From positions 69,062 to 133,061 of the forward strand of contig CAZPHS010000003.1 of NCBI GenBank assembly GCA_964586785.1: a stretch of 64,000 bases of DNA, given 5' to 3'. The first letter of the stretch is position 1, and every line of letters starts with the position of its first letter. This DNA is from an uncultured Christensenellaceae bacterium (lineage in GTDB: Bacteria > Bacillota > Clostridia > Christensenellales > SZUA-584). Position numbers and translations under genes: made by a program. Below the pieces are notes generated by a model that saw nothing but the letters and a program-made list of their open reading frames with translations, had not been told where the DNA came from and did not search any database. This document shows positions 55,066 through 64,000 of the stretch, in pieces.

Positions 55066-55989
55066 TTAAAACCCCTTTCCATCCGTATATGTTATTATAC
55101 CATAAACCAGTTCTTCTAAACAGCTGAACCGGCATATATTAAACCACATAATGCGTGAATCACGCTTAAACCACGTAATCTGTCTTTTGGCGTACCTTCG
55201 TGTATTGCGTTTTATAATGGCGGCCGTTTCGTCAAGAGTGGCCTTGCCTTCAAAATATGCGTAAAACTCCTTGTAGCCTATTGCCTTTAGCGCGTTGGAA
55301 TCGCCGTATTTTTCAAAAAGCGTACGCGCCTCGGCCTCAAGCCCCCGTTTTATCATTTCGTCAACACGGGCGTTAATACGCTCATACAGCATATCCCTTG
55401 GCATTGTAAGCCCTATAATCAAAAACGAGTCGTTTTCATTGGGCTTTAAAAAATCGTACTTTTCCCATCCGCCCGATTCTATTAGCTCTAAACGCCGTAT
55501 AATACGCCTTGTATCACGGCGTGAAATCAAATTGGCATATTCAGGGTCTTTTTGTTTCAGTTCATTATACAGGTATTCAATACTTTTGTCATCAGCGAGT
55601 TGTGTATATTTTTGTCGTAATCCGCGGTCAGGCGCCGTATTTCCAAAGTTAAGCGAATAAACGAGAGAATTTATGTAAAGCCCCGTGCCTCCGCAGACAA
55701 CAGGCGTTTGCCCCTTCGCGTTGCACATCTTTATTTTATCGAACGCGTCGCGTTTAAAATCGGCGGCGGTATACGCCGTATTAGGCTCCGTGATATCAAT
55801 AAGATAATGCGTAACGCCCCGCGTTTGGCGCGGAGTGATTTTGGCGGTGCCTATATCCAGCCCCCTGTAAATTTGCATACTGTCAGCCGAAATTACCGGA
55901 ACTTTTTTTGCCTTGGCGTACTCTATGGAAACCTGCGATTTTCCGCTGGCGGTGGGGCCTGTAATAACAATAAATCTGCGCCCGCTCAT
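55066..55989 (-). CDS. miaA: tRNA dimethylallyltransferase
   Basis: [11 protein letters not shown]-loop, [13 protein letters not shown], and HYLID. Confidence 0.93.
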   Translation of the reverse strand: MSGRRFIVITGPTASGKSQVSIEYAKAKKVPVISADSMQIYRGLDIGTAKITPRQTRGVTHYLIDITEPNTAYTAADFKRDAFDKIKMCNAKGQTPVVCGGTGLYINSLVYSLNFGNTAPDRGLRQKYTQLADDKSIEYLYNELKQKDPEYANLISRRDTRRIIRRLELIESGGWEKYDFLKPNENDSFLIIGLTMPRDMLYERINARVDEMIKRGLEAEARTLFEKYGDSNALKAIGYKEFYAYFEGKATLDETAAIIKRNTRRYAKRQITWFKRDSRIMWFNICRFSCLEELVYGIITYTDGKGF

Positions 55990-57746
55990 AAAACCCTTTT
56001 AAAGCTTTTTTCAAGCTGTTTTTTAGTTATTATTGTGATAACCGGTCTGCCGTGAGGGCATGTAGGCATAACGTCCGTTTCAAGAAAAGCCTCGACCAGC
56101 TTTATGAGCGCGTCTTTTGGCAGGCTGTCCCCCGCTTTTACTGCCCGCCTGCACGCCGCGCGTATAACCGCTTCGCGCATAAGCACTGCGTCGCCGCGGT
56201 TTTTCCCTATCTCTTCCACCGCGTCGTACAAAGTATTTTCAATATCGGCAAAACCGCCTATCGCGGGTACAGCCGAAAGCTTGTACTCAAGCGCACCGAA
56301 CGGCTCTATTTCAAAACCCAGCGATGAAAGCAGCTTTGCGTTTTCGTCTATAAGGTTTTTTTGTTCGTGAGAAACCCTTAGCACATGCGGACGCAGCAAC
56401 GTCTGCGAGCCGCCGCTTTTTAAAGATAAAAACTTATCATAAAGCAAGCGCTCGTGCGCGGCGTGCTGGTCTATTATAAGAAGATTGTCTCCCTGCTCGA
56501 CAAGAACATAAGCAGCTAAAAAGGTGCCTATTAATCTATAGTTTAAACCCTGCCGCGACGCGGCGTCACTCAAACCGCTTTGCTCGCGCCTCGTATATTC
56601 ATATACGGGTTTATCGCTTTCGTTTGCGCAAGCTTGCTCGTTAAGCGCGAAATGAGAAAAGCCGGAGAAAAACGCGGTCTGCAAAACCTCGCTCGGCGCG
56701 CGCATTTCCACGCTGACAGATTTTTTTTCAGGACGGGCGTCAATTTCCATCGTTACGCCGCCGTGTATGCGCCGGCACGCTGTGTTTATCGCTTCCTTTA
56801 TAACGTATTCAACCGCCGTTATGTCTAAAAAGCGAACCTGTAGCTTATTAGGGTGTACGTTTACGTCCGTCGCGCCGGGGGGCAGAGTAATATTGAGCAA
56901 ATAAAAAGGGTGTTCTCCTTTAACCAGCGTTTGACCGTACGCCTTTTTAATTATATCGGCAAGAGCCGTGCTGCGCACAAAGCGCCTGTTTACAAAAACG
57001 GAGCCTTTTTGCCTGTTGTTCATTACGGCGCCGGGGCGCGAAACGTACCCTTGCGCCTTTATGCCGTTAGCCTCATAAGATACGTATTCGATGTTATCCA
57101 TAAGAGAGCCGCCGTATACGCAGAATATGGCGTCAAGCGGATTGCCGTTTCCCGGGCTGTGATATATTGTTTTTTGCTGCGACGTATAATGAAACGATAT
57201 TTCGGGGAACGCGAGTATATAGCGCGACATTAAATCGGATATGTACGCCGCTTCTTTTGATTCGCTTTTTAAGAACTTAAGCCTTGCCGGAACATTGCAG
57301 AAAAGCCGGCTTACCGTAACGGTTGTGCCGTCCGGAAGACCGGCGGGCTGTATGTCGATAAAGCGCCCGCAAGAAATGCGAATTTTAGTACCCAGGTCTT
57401 CCTCTTTGCGTTTTGTAGTCATCTCCGCAATGGAAACCGAAGCTATACTGCTTAACGCCTCGCCGCGAAAACCCTGTGTGGTTATAAGAAAAAGGTCCTG
57501 CTCGGAAGCTATTTTGCTTGTCGCGTGCTTTTCAAATGCCAGGGAAACCTCGCCCGAGGCTATGCCGCACCCGTTATCGGAAACGGTAATCTTTTTTATG
57601 CCGCCGCCCTCAATGCTGACGGATACGGCGTTCGCCCCCGCGTCAACGGCGTTTTCCACAAGCTCTTTTACAACGCTTAGCGGCCGCTCCACAACCTCGC
57701 CCGCGGCTATTTTGTCACAAACACTTTTAGGGAGTTTTTTAATCAT
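55986..57746 (-). CDS. mutL: DNA mismatch repair protein MutL
   Basis: GHKL ATPase motifs (VVKELVENAVDAGA, DNGCGI, GFRGEAL) and a C-terminal dimerisation domain. Confidence 0.95.
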   Translation of the reverse strand: MIKKLPKSVCDKIAAGEVVERPLSVVKELVENAVDAGANAVSVSIEGGGIKKITVSDNGCGIASGEVSLAFEKHATSKIASEQDLFLITTQGFRGEALSSIASVSIAEMTTKRKEEDLGTKIRISCGRFIDIQPAGLPDGTTVTVSRLFCNVPARLKFLKSESKEAAYISDLMSRYILAFPEISFHYTSQQKTIYHSPGNGNPLDAIFCVYGGSLMDNIEYVSYEANGIKAQGYVSRPGAVMNNRQKGSVFVNRRFVRSTALADIIKKAYGQTLVKGEHPFYLLNITLPPGATDVNVHPNKLQVRFLDITAVEYVIKEAINTACRRIHGGVTMEIDARPEKKSVSVEMRAPSEVLQTAFFSGFSHFALNEQACANESDKPVYEYTRREQSGLSDAASRQGLNYRLIGTFLAAYVLVEQGDNLLIIDQHAAHERLLYDKFLSLKSGGSQTLLRPHVLRVSHEQKNLIDENAKLLSSLGFEIEPFGALEYKLSAVPAIGGFADIENTLYDAVEEIGKNRGDAVLMREAVIRAACRRAVKAGDSLPKDALIKLVEAFLETDVMPTCPHGRPVITIITKKQLEKSFKRVL

Positions 57747-57756
57747 GCGGCCTCCG

Positions 57757-60318
57757 TTACAGACTGTGCTTTATATCGCTAAGCACCTTTAAAGCGTCAA
57801 GCGGCGTTATATTGTCTATATTGATATTTTTTATAATATCGGCAAGCTCGCTGCCATCTGGCGCGCTCTCTTGCTTTTTTCGCTGCGCACCAAGCAGTTT
57901 TTTATCCTTTTCCGCCAAAGCGCGCATTATTACTTTCGCCCTGTCCGTAACGCGCGACGGAACCCCCGCAAGGCGCGCCACCTCTATGCCGAAGCTTTTA
58001 TCCGCCCCGCCCCGCACTATTTTGTGCAGGAAAACAACGTTATCCCCCATTTCCCTGACTGTAACGGAATAATTGCATACTCCGGCAGCCGTGCCCTCAA
58101 GCTCTGTCAGCTCGTGAAAATGCGTGGCAAAAAGCGTTTTCGCGCGTATATGGCCGCTTATATGCTCCACTACCGACCACGCTATTGAAAGCCCGTCGAG
58201 GGTGCTTGTGCCCCGTCCTATCTCATCGAGTATAAGAAGGCTTTTATCCGTGGCGTTGTTTAATATGTACGCCACCTCGTTCATTTCCACCATAAATGTG
58301 CTTTGCCCCGAAGCCAAGTTGTCCGAAGCCCCAACGCGTGTGAATATTTTATCCACTATGCAAATGCTCGCTTTATCGGCGGGCACGAAACAGCCCATAT
58401 GCGCCATAAGCACAATAAGCGCCGTTTGACGAAGATAGGTGCTTTTTCCCGCCATATTAGGGCCGGTCAAAATGATTATTTTTCTCTCGTCGTTCATTTC
58501 GGTATCGTTTTTGACAAATGATTGGCGGACGGCGGTTTCCACCACCGGATGGCGGCCGCCCTCTATAGAAAGCGCGCCGTTTGCGGACATTTTGGGACGC
58601 ACGTAGTTTTTCTCGTAAGCTATTGCCGCAAAGCTGCCGAGCATATCGGCAAAAGCCACCGTTTGCGCCGCGGCAAGAAAACGGTTAATATTCGCGGCAA
58701 GCGTTTTTCTTATATCCACAAAGCAATCATATTCAAGCGCTATGCATTTCTCCTGCGCGCCCGTCAGTTTTTGCTCCATTTCTTTAAGCTCGGGCGTAAT
58801 AAAGCGTTCGCAGCCGGCAAGCGTCTGTTTGCGCATATACCTGAACGGCACGAGCTCAAGGTAAGATTTGGTTACCTCTATATAATAGCCGAAAACCTTG
58901 TTGTAGCCTATTTTTAAGTTTTTAATGCCTGTGCTTTTGCGCTCGGAACTCTCAAGGGACGCAATCCATTCCAGACCTTTTTGAGCGGAATACTTAAGCT
59001 CGTCAATCTTCGGATTATATCCTTTTTTAATAATACCGCCGTCGGTAATTCCCGCGGGCGCGTCCTCGTCTATGGCCGAGTCTATTAATAAAAGAATGTC
59101 TTCCATAACGTCAAGATTATCATGCAGGCGGGCGAGCATAACGCTTTTGCGCCCAGAAAGCGCGGTTTTTAAGGCGGGAAGCTTTTTTAAAGAAGCGGCT
59201 ATGGAAAGAGCGCCGCGCGCGTCGAGCGTGCCGTATGAGATGCGCGAAGCGAGCCGTTCTATATCAAATACTCCGTCAAGCGCCAAAGATAAGCTGTCGG
59301 CAAGCTTTAGGTCTTCCTTTATTTCGTTTACGGCGTCCAAGCGTTCGTTTATTATGTTTATATCCTGCAGCGGCTCATTAACGCTGCGTTTTAGCAGCCT
59401 CGCCCCCATTGCCGTTACGGTGCGGTCAATAGTTCCGAATAAAGAACCCCCCGTCCTGCCGTCACGCAGAGTTTTTACAAGCTCAAGATTGGAGCGGGTG
59501 TACAAATCAAGAGACATGTATGAATCTTTGTTTATAACCCGAATAGCGTTTATATGAGAAAGCGCGTTTTTTTGAGTTTCTTTTAAATAATCTATCAACG
59601 CGCCCGCCGCGCCCGTCGAAACGCTTTTTTCATCCGCGCCGAAACCCGAAAGATTTTTAACGCGAAAATGAGCCTTGAGAGTATCCGCCGCGGTATCCGT
59701 CTCGAATGTAAAATCCGGATATTCGCTTACAAATATATTTTGTTCCTTTATGATATTGTCGAGCCGCTTTATTATATTCTCTGCCGACCGGCTGTAAATA
59801 ATCTCGCTTGGCTGTATATGCGAAAGCTCGCTCGGTACGGCTTCGTTTTCGTCGTTGCATTCGCCCGCGCAAAAAGCGCCGGTTGACACGTCCGCGTACG
59901 CGTAGCCTATTGTATTTTCGTTTTTGTGCAGCGAAACAATATAGTTGTTATCCGAATCGTTAAGGCTTATATTTTCAGTGACCGTACCGGGCGTTATAAT
60001 GCGCACAACGTCCCGCTCCACGATTCCTTTGCTCTGCGACGGGTCGGACAGCTGTTCGCATACGGCGACCTTATAGCCTTTTTTTATAAGCTTGTCTATA
60101 TAACCCTGCGCGGAATGGTGAGGCACACCGCACATCGGCGCGCGTTCCGGCAAACCGCAATCCCTTGCCGTAAGCACTATTTCCAGCTCGCGGGAGGCGC
60201 ATAACGCGTCTTCGAAAAAAAGCTCGTAGAAATCTCCCAGGCGGTACATCAAAAGAGCGTCTTTATGCTTTTCTTTAAGTTTTATGTATTGCTGCATCAT
60301 GGGCGTTAGCTGCGGCAT
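57757..60318 (-). CDS. mutS: DNA mismatch repair protein MutS
   Basis: TPMMQQY, mismatch-binding GDFYELF, Walker A GPNMAGKST, and STFMVEM. Confidence 0.96.
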   Translation of the reverse strand: MPQLTPMMQQYIKLKEKHKDALLMYRLGDFYELFFEDALCASRELEIVLTARDCGLPERAPMCGVPHHSAQGYIDKLIKKGYKVAVCEQLSDPSQSKGIVERDVVRIITPGTVTENISLNDSDNNYIVSLHKNENTIGYAYADVSTGAFCAGECNDENEAVPSELSHIQPSEIIYSRSAENIIKRLDNIIKEQNIFVSEYPDFTFETDTAADTLKAHFRVKNLSGFGADEKSVSTGAAGALIDYLKETQKNALSHINAIRVINKDSYMSLDLYTRSNLELVKTLRDGRTGGSLFGTIDRTVTAMGARLLKRSVNEPLQDINIINERLDAVNEIKEDLKLADSLSLALDGVFDIERLASRISYGTLDARGALSIAASLKKLPALKTALSGRKSVMLARLHDNLDVMEDILLLIDSAIDEDAPAGITDGGIIKKGYNPKIDELKYSAQKGLEWIASLESSERKSTGIKNLKIGYNKVFGYYIEVTKSYLELVPFRYMRKQTLAGCERFITPELKEMEQKLTGAQEKCIALEYDCFVDIRKTLAANINRFLAAAQTVAFADMLGSFAAIAYEKNYVRPKMSANGALSIEGGRHPVVETAVRQSFVKNDTEMNDERKIIILTGPNMAGKSTYLRQTALIVLMAHMGCFVPADKASICIVDKIFTRVGASDNLASGQSTFMVEMNEVAYILNNATDKSLLILDEIGRGTSTLDGLSIAWSVVEHISGHIRAKTLFATHFHELTELEGTAAGVCNYSVTVREMGDNVVFLHKIVRGGADKSFGIEVARLAGVPSRVTDRAKVIMRALAEKDKKLLGAQRKKQESAPDGSELADIIKNINIDNITPLDALKVLSDIKHSL

Positions 60319-60440
60319 AGTCCCTCCGGCTTATAGAAAATATAGCGGTTTAATCCCGCATATTATAACACAAAAACTATGCGTGTTGAATTACATACGC
60401 GTATACATTATAATTTAAAAATAAATATGTTGGAGAGCGT

Positions 60441-61220
60441 ATGAAAAAAGCTGCAGCGGTTTTAATGATTTTGATTATAACGGTTTTGTTTTCGGCGTGC
60501 GCCGCGGCGCTTAGTTTTCGGCTGGACGAGTATAACGCCGTGGGCGTATCGTATATGGCTGACTTGAGCGGAATTGAAGACGGGGGGACAGATTACCTTA
60601 ATCAATTAAAAGAGTATTGGGAAGAGCTTGGGTTTTCCGCCGCGGTTGATAATGACGAGCTTACCGTAACCGGAGAGATTTTTAACGAACACGACACCGC
60701 GGCGCAGGCCGCCGCTGATTTTGCCGGTATTGTAACCTCCGGCAACGTTATGTTTTACGATGTGCTTTTTGAATACACGCCGTCTTTTGAATATGACTTA
60801 TACAGTTTTTCCGCGCATATTTCACTTAACGAAATAGTCAGGCAAAGCCAAGCGCAGGATATGCCTTCGGATATAATAACTTCTCTGCGAAACGACGCGG
60901 CGCGGGGAGAGTATACGGTTTCAATAAAGCTGCCGGGCGCTGTATCGTCTTCTAACGCGGACAGTGTTGAGGACGGCACATGCACATGGACTCTTGAATA
61001 TGGCAAAGAGACGGAACTACAAGTAAAAACGAAAAAAGTAAACGCCGAAAACTTGGCTTACCGCGCTTCGCTCGAGAGCGGTATAAGCGGCGGTCAAGTG
61101 CTTCTCGCCATATTTACGGCGGCGGGCGTCGCGTCATTGCTCGGCGTGGCCGCGGCCGTTATAATTCGGCGGGCAAGGTTAAGGCGGGCGTCGATAGTGC
61201 GCGCCAGAAAATTCCGTTAA
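60441..61220 (+). CDS. Predicted lipoprotein with C-terminal TM anchor
   Basis: Signal and lipobox (LFSAC), a soluble domain of about 200 aa, and a C-terminal hydrophobic helix followed by RRARLRR. Confidence 0.55.
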   Translation: MKKAAAVLMILIITVLFSACAAALSFRLDEYNAVGVSYMADLSGIEDGGTDYLNQLKEYWEELGFSAAVDNDELTVTGEIFNEHDTAAQAAADFAGIVTSGNVMFYDVLFEYTPSFEYDLYSFSAHISLNEIVRQSQAQDMPSDIITSLRNDAARGEYTVSIKLPGAVSSSNADSVEDGTCTWTLEYGKETELQVKTKKVNAENLAYRASLESGISGGQVLLAIFTAAGVASLLGVAAAVIIRRARLRRASIVRARKFR

Positions 61221-61229
61221 ACATCAAAT

Positions 61230-62573
61230 TTAATCAAATTCTAAAAGACATAAACGGGACGACTGCATACGTCCGTCCGGCCAAAGCACATAAAGCTTAA
61301 AGTATCTTGGTTTGTCGGTTATTTTCTCGCCGGTGAGCGTATCCTGCAGTTCTAAGAATTTGTAATTGGTTACTTTGCCTATTCTTTGCGTTTGAACCGC
61401 CGTTCCCACTTTTGCCTTTGGCTCATCGTTTCCGGAAACCGTTTTTACAACCTGAAACAGCTGACCGTTTTCGTTATAGCATACAAGAGTGTACAGCGCG
61501 TTTTTATCTCTTGTCGTCTTATCCCATGTTATATCGTAATGAGTGTGTCCGTAACTTGTTTTCTTCTGGTAACGTAAATTAAACTCCGCGGGAGAGAACA
61601 CGTCGGCGCTGCTTTCTTCGCCTATAAAGTTGTAAAAATAGTCTCTAAGGCGCGGCACTTCGTCAGCGAGGGGCACATAGATGTTTTCCTGTGGGAACAC
61701 ATTATAAACCGCCGTCGTGGTTTTAGGATTATTATTGCCGTTATGCAGAACATCAAATACGTCATAATAGCGGCTTGTCTGTTTGGCGTTAGGGCTTCCC
61801 ATAAGCTGAACATAATCCTCCGCCGCCATTTCATAAATGCTCCACATATGATTTTTATAATAGTCGTCAACATTGTCAAAAAAAACTTTGCGTTCGTAAT
61901 CATCTATGTTTCTTATTTTGTAATACTCTGATTTTTTCGCCGTATCGTCATCCGAAAGAAAATAATGTATTGTAAAATGATGCCCGTATTCATGCGCGAG
62001 CGTTTTCGCTATATCGGTCACATCGTTGTATCCGTCCATATTATATAATTCTATAACGCTTTGCTGGGAAGTAAGCGAATACTGCAGAGACTGCGGAACA
62101 AACCCGGGAAGATGGAAAAACACCGGAAACTGGGCGAAGTGCGTTACATGGGTGCCCGCTATTGCTATATCTTTATCCGTTTTTGATTTGCCCGGGTACA
62201 GTATAACGCCGGAGAGCAGGCTCATTTCATCCCCGTGTTTGTTCTTTAACAGTTCGTTGTATATGCTTTTTAGCTTATCGCCCGTCCATTTATCGGAAAA
62301 ACTGATAATAGGAAACCCCATCGGAGTGGAAAAATAGTTATTATACTCCGGCACCTGTTCTAAAAGGCATACCCCGGGCGCCGGCGCGAGCCCTCCTTTG
62401 GTATATAAATAACCGGTGTCCGAATAATCGTCGCTGAATGTATAATCGAGTTTATACCGCGCCGTGTAAATATCGTAAGCGACATAAACGGCCGCGGCGA
62501 AAGCAAGCGCAGCCATAAGAAAAAATATAATCGCGGCTTTATTCTTTTTAGTATAAATCAACTCGCGCGCCAT
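61230..62573 (-). CDS. N-terminally membrane-anchored protein with an HExxH zinc-metalloprotease-like motif
   Basis: One TM (AAIIFFLMAALAFAAAVYVAYDIY). LAHEYGHHF motif in the extracytoplasmic domain. Confidence 0.5.
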   Translation of the reverse strand: MARELIYTKKNKAAIIFFLMAALAFAAAVYVAYDIYTARYKLDYTFSDDYSDTGYLYTKGGLAPAPGVCLLEQVPEYNNYFSTPMGFPIISFSDKWTGDKLKSIYNELLKNKHGDEMSLLSGVILYPGKSKTDKDIAIAGTHVTHFAQFPVFFHLPGFVPQSLQYSLTSQQSVIELYNMDGYNDVTDIAKTLAHEYGHHFTIHYFLSDDDTAKKSEYYKIRNIDDYERKVFFDNVDDYYKNHMWSIYEMAAEDYVQLMGSPNAKQTSRYYDVFDVLHNGNNNPKTTTAVYNVFPQENIYVPLADEVPRLRDYFYNFIGEESSADVFSPAEFNLRYQKKTSYGHTHYDITWDKTTRDKNALYTLVCYNENGQLFQVVKTVSGNDEPKAKVGTAVQTQRIGKVTNYKFLELQDTLTGEKITDKPRYFKLYVLWPDGRMQSSRLCLLEFD

Positions 62574-62592
62574 TTGTAATCCCCCCGTATTT

Positions 62593-63939
62593 TTATGCCC
62601 TTATGCCCTTTAGCGTATGCGCCATTACTTTATCAACGGTAACATTAATATACTTTCCTATATCCTCTTTTGTGCCGGTTATATTAACCGTTTTAGCGGT
62701 TCGCGTGCGGCCGCTTATCTCGTTATAAGACCGTTTGCTGACGCTGTCCGCCAGCACCTCCACAGTTTTGCCCAGATATTCGTTGTTTTTTTGACGCATA
62801 ATATCTTTTATCAGTTTGTTTAAAACTTCAAGACGCTCGCTTTTAACCCGGTTGCTTAACTGGTTTTGCATGGCCGCCGCTTTTGTCATTTTGCGCGGCG
62901 AATACGCGAAGGTATACGCGGCGTCAAACCGCGCTTCCTTAACGAGCGAAAGCGTTAATTCAAAGTCTTCGTCCGTCTCCCCCGGGAAGCCTACTATTAT
63001 ATCCGTTGTTACTGCCAGATAAGGCACGCGCTCCTTTAAACGATAAAGAAGATCCAAATAGCGCTCCCGCGAGTAACCGCGGTTCATGGCGCTAAGTACG
63101 CGGCTGCTGCCCGACTGTACGGGCAGGTGTATATGCTCGCAAAGGCTTTGCACGCCGCCGAAGCATTCTATAAGATCAGCGGACATATCTTTTGGGTGAG
63201 ACGTCATGAATCTTACGCGCTTGATGTCAGTTTCTTTGTCTATACGGCGTATAAGCCGCGCGAATGCACCGCCGTCTTTTGTACCGTCGGAATACGAGTT
63301 CACGTTCTGCCCAAGAAGAGTAATCTCTGTTATGCCTTTGCCGCACAACTGATTTATCTCGGCTAATATGTCGTTGACGTTTCGGCTGCGCTCGCGCCCG
63401 CGCACATACGGCACAACGCAGTACGAGCAGAAATTATCGCACCCGTATATTATGTTTACATACGCGCCGGCTTTTTTTGCGCGTTTAACCGGTATGCCTT
63501 CTATTATTGTTTCGTCTTCGTCCGTCGCAACCGCGCGTTTGCCGTCAAGCAGCACCGCGGACAGCATTTGCCCTAAGCGGTGTATAGCGTTTGTGCCAAA
63601 AGCCATATCGACAAAAGGGAATCTGTTCATCAGCTTTTTTGCCGCCCCCTCCTGCTGCATCATACAGCCGCACACCGCTATCACAGCGCCTTTAACGCTG
63701 TTTTTATAATCTTTAAGAGCGCCTATGTTGCTGTTAAGCTTTGCTTCCGCGTGCTGGCGTATACAACATGTGTTGTACATAAGAAGATTTGCTTTATTTT
63801 TATCGCCCGCGGGAAGGTATCCTAAAGACTCGAGAACGCCCGCAATCTTCTCGCTTTCATGCGAGTTCATCTGGCAGCCGTATGTTTCTATAAAGTATGT
63901 AAGATTATTTTCGCCGATATGTTTTTTAAGCTCCCGCAC
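62593..63939 (-). CDS. miaB: tRNA-i6A37 methylthiotransferase MiaB (radical SAM)
   Basis: UPF0004 N-domain (YGCQMN, NTCCIR, CGC), radical-SAM CDNFCSYC, and a C-terminal TRAM domain. Confidence 0.93.
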   Translation of the reverse strand: MRELKKHIGENNLTYFIETYGCQMNSHESEKIAGVLESLGYLPAGDKNKANLLMYNTCCIRQHAEAKLNSNIGALKDYKNSVKGAVIAVCGCMMQQEGAAKKLMNRFPFVDMAFGTNAIHRLGQMLSAVLLDGKRAVATDEDETIIEGIPVKRAKKAGAYVNIIYGCDNFCSYCVVPYVRGRERSRNVNDILAEINQLCGKGITEITLLGQNVNSYSDGTKDGGAFARLIRRIDKETDIKRVRFMTSHPKDMSADLIECFGGVQSLCEHIHLPVQSGSSRVLSAMNRGYSRERYLDLLYRLKERVPYLAVTTDIIVGFPGETDEDFELTLSLVKEARFDAAYTFAYSPRKMTKAAAMQNQLSNRVKSERLEVLNKLIKDIMRQKNNEYLGKTVEVLADSVSKRSYNEISGRTRTAKTVNITGTKEDIGKYINVTVDKVMAHTLKGIRA

Positions 63940-64000
63940 CGTTGCTATTACATCCTTCCGTTAAAGAAAAACCTGTCCCGATACATTATAATCACAGGGC

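Noticed and set aside
1-64000. Search for CRISPR arrays, rRNA genes, IS/transposase genes, restriction-modification or other recognisable defence systems, and toxin-antitoxin pairs
   Set aside because: No regularly spaced direct repeats, no rRNA-like sequence and no transposase, Cas or defence-family motifs were seen in any frame. The NPPY methyltransferase at 31902..33002 carries a THUMP RNA-binding domain and has no nuclease partner, so it is not an R-M system.

Overview
This 64-kb chromosomal segment reads like a spore-forming, strictly anaerobic Firmicute (Clostridia-like). That is inferred from gene content only; no search was run. The backbone is housekeeping: mtnA, a CtsR-controlled J-protein/clpB pair, nadD-yqeK-rsfS, rny, purB, one tRNA-Trp, proC-rnhA, a Xer-type recombinase, lexA, and the mutS-mutL-miaA-hfq-ynbB string followed by miaB. 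I saw no rRNA, CRISPR array, transposase or IS element. About 60 protein genes are supportable, plus several operators, promoters and terminators that can be read directly. Accessory or unusual parts are: (1) a degenerate phage-derived cluster at about 17.3-21.4 kb, with an LL-H-type holin, a divergent cI/Cro-like XRE pair and an ArpU/RinA-like regulator, but no integrase, structural genes or lysin. (2) Directly after it, an intergenic pocket holds two ORFs below the ORF-track cutoff. One is a 38-codon ORF for an extreme Cys/Gly/Trp/Arg peptide that I cannot assign to any family; I consider it the most novel-looking object in the window. (3) Two visibly AT-richer islets: a lipoprotein serpin at 15.9-17.1 kb, and a TetR/flavoprotein/membrane-protein set at 22.1-24.1 kb. 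(4) A hydC-hydB-hydA [FeFe]-hydrogenase operon. Its NuoF-like subunit is fused to a GltD/NfnB-like NAD(P)H-FAD module, HydA carries a non-canonical L1 motif (TSCSPGW) and an 87-aa coiled-coil tail, and a divergently encoded orphan OmpR-type regulator has Glu at the phospho-acceptor position. (5) A perR / double-rubredoxin / ferredoxin-rubrerythrin oxidative-stress operon. (6) A tandem-PII protein coupled to a DUF1538 membrane protein. (7) A cytoplasmic multi-PAS kinase paired with a REC-HD-GYP regulator. All family calls come from motif recognition by eye, and every novelty statement needs a database check.
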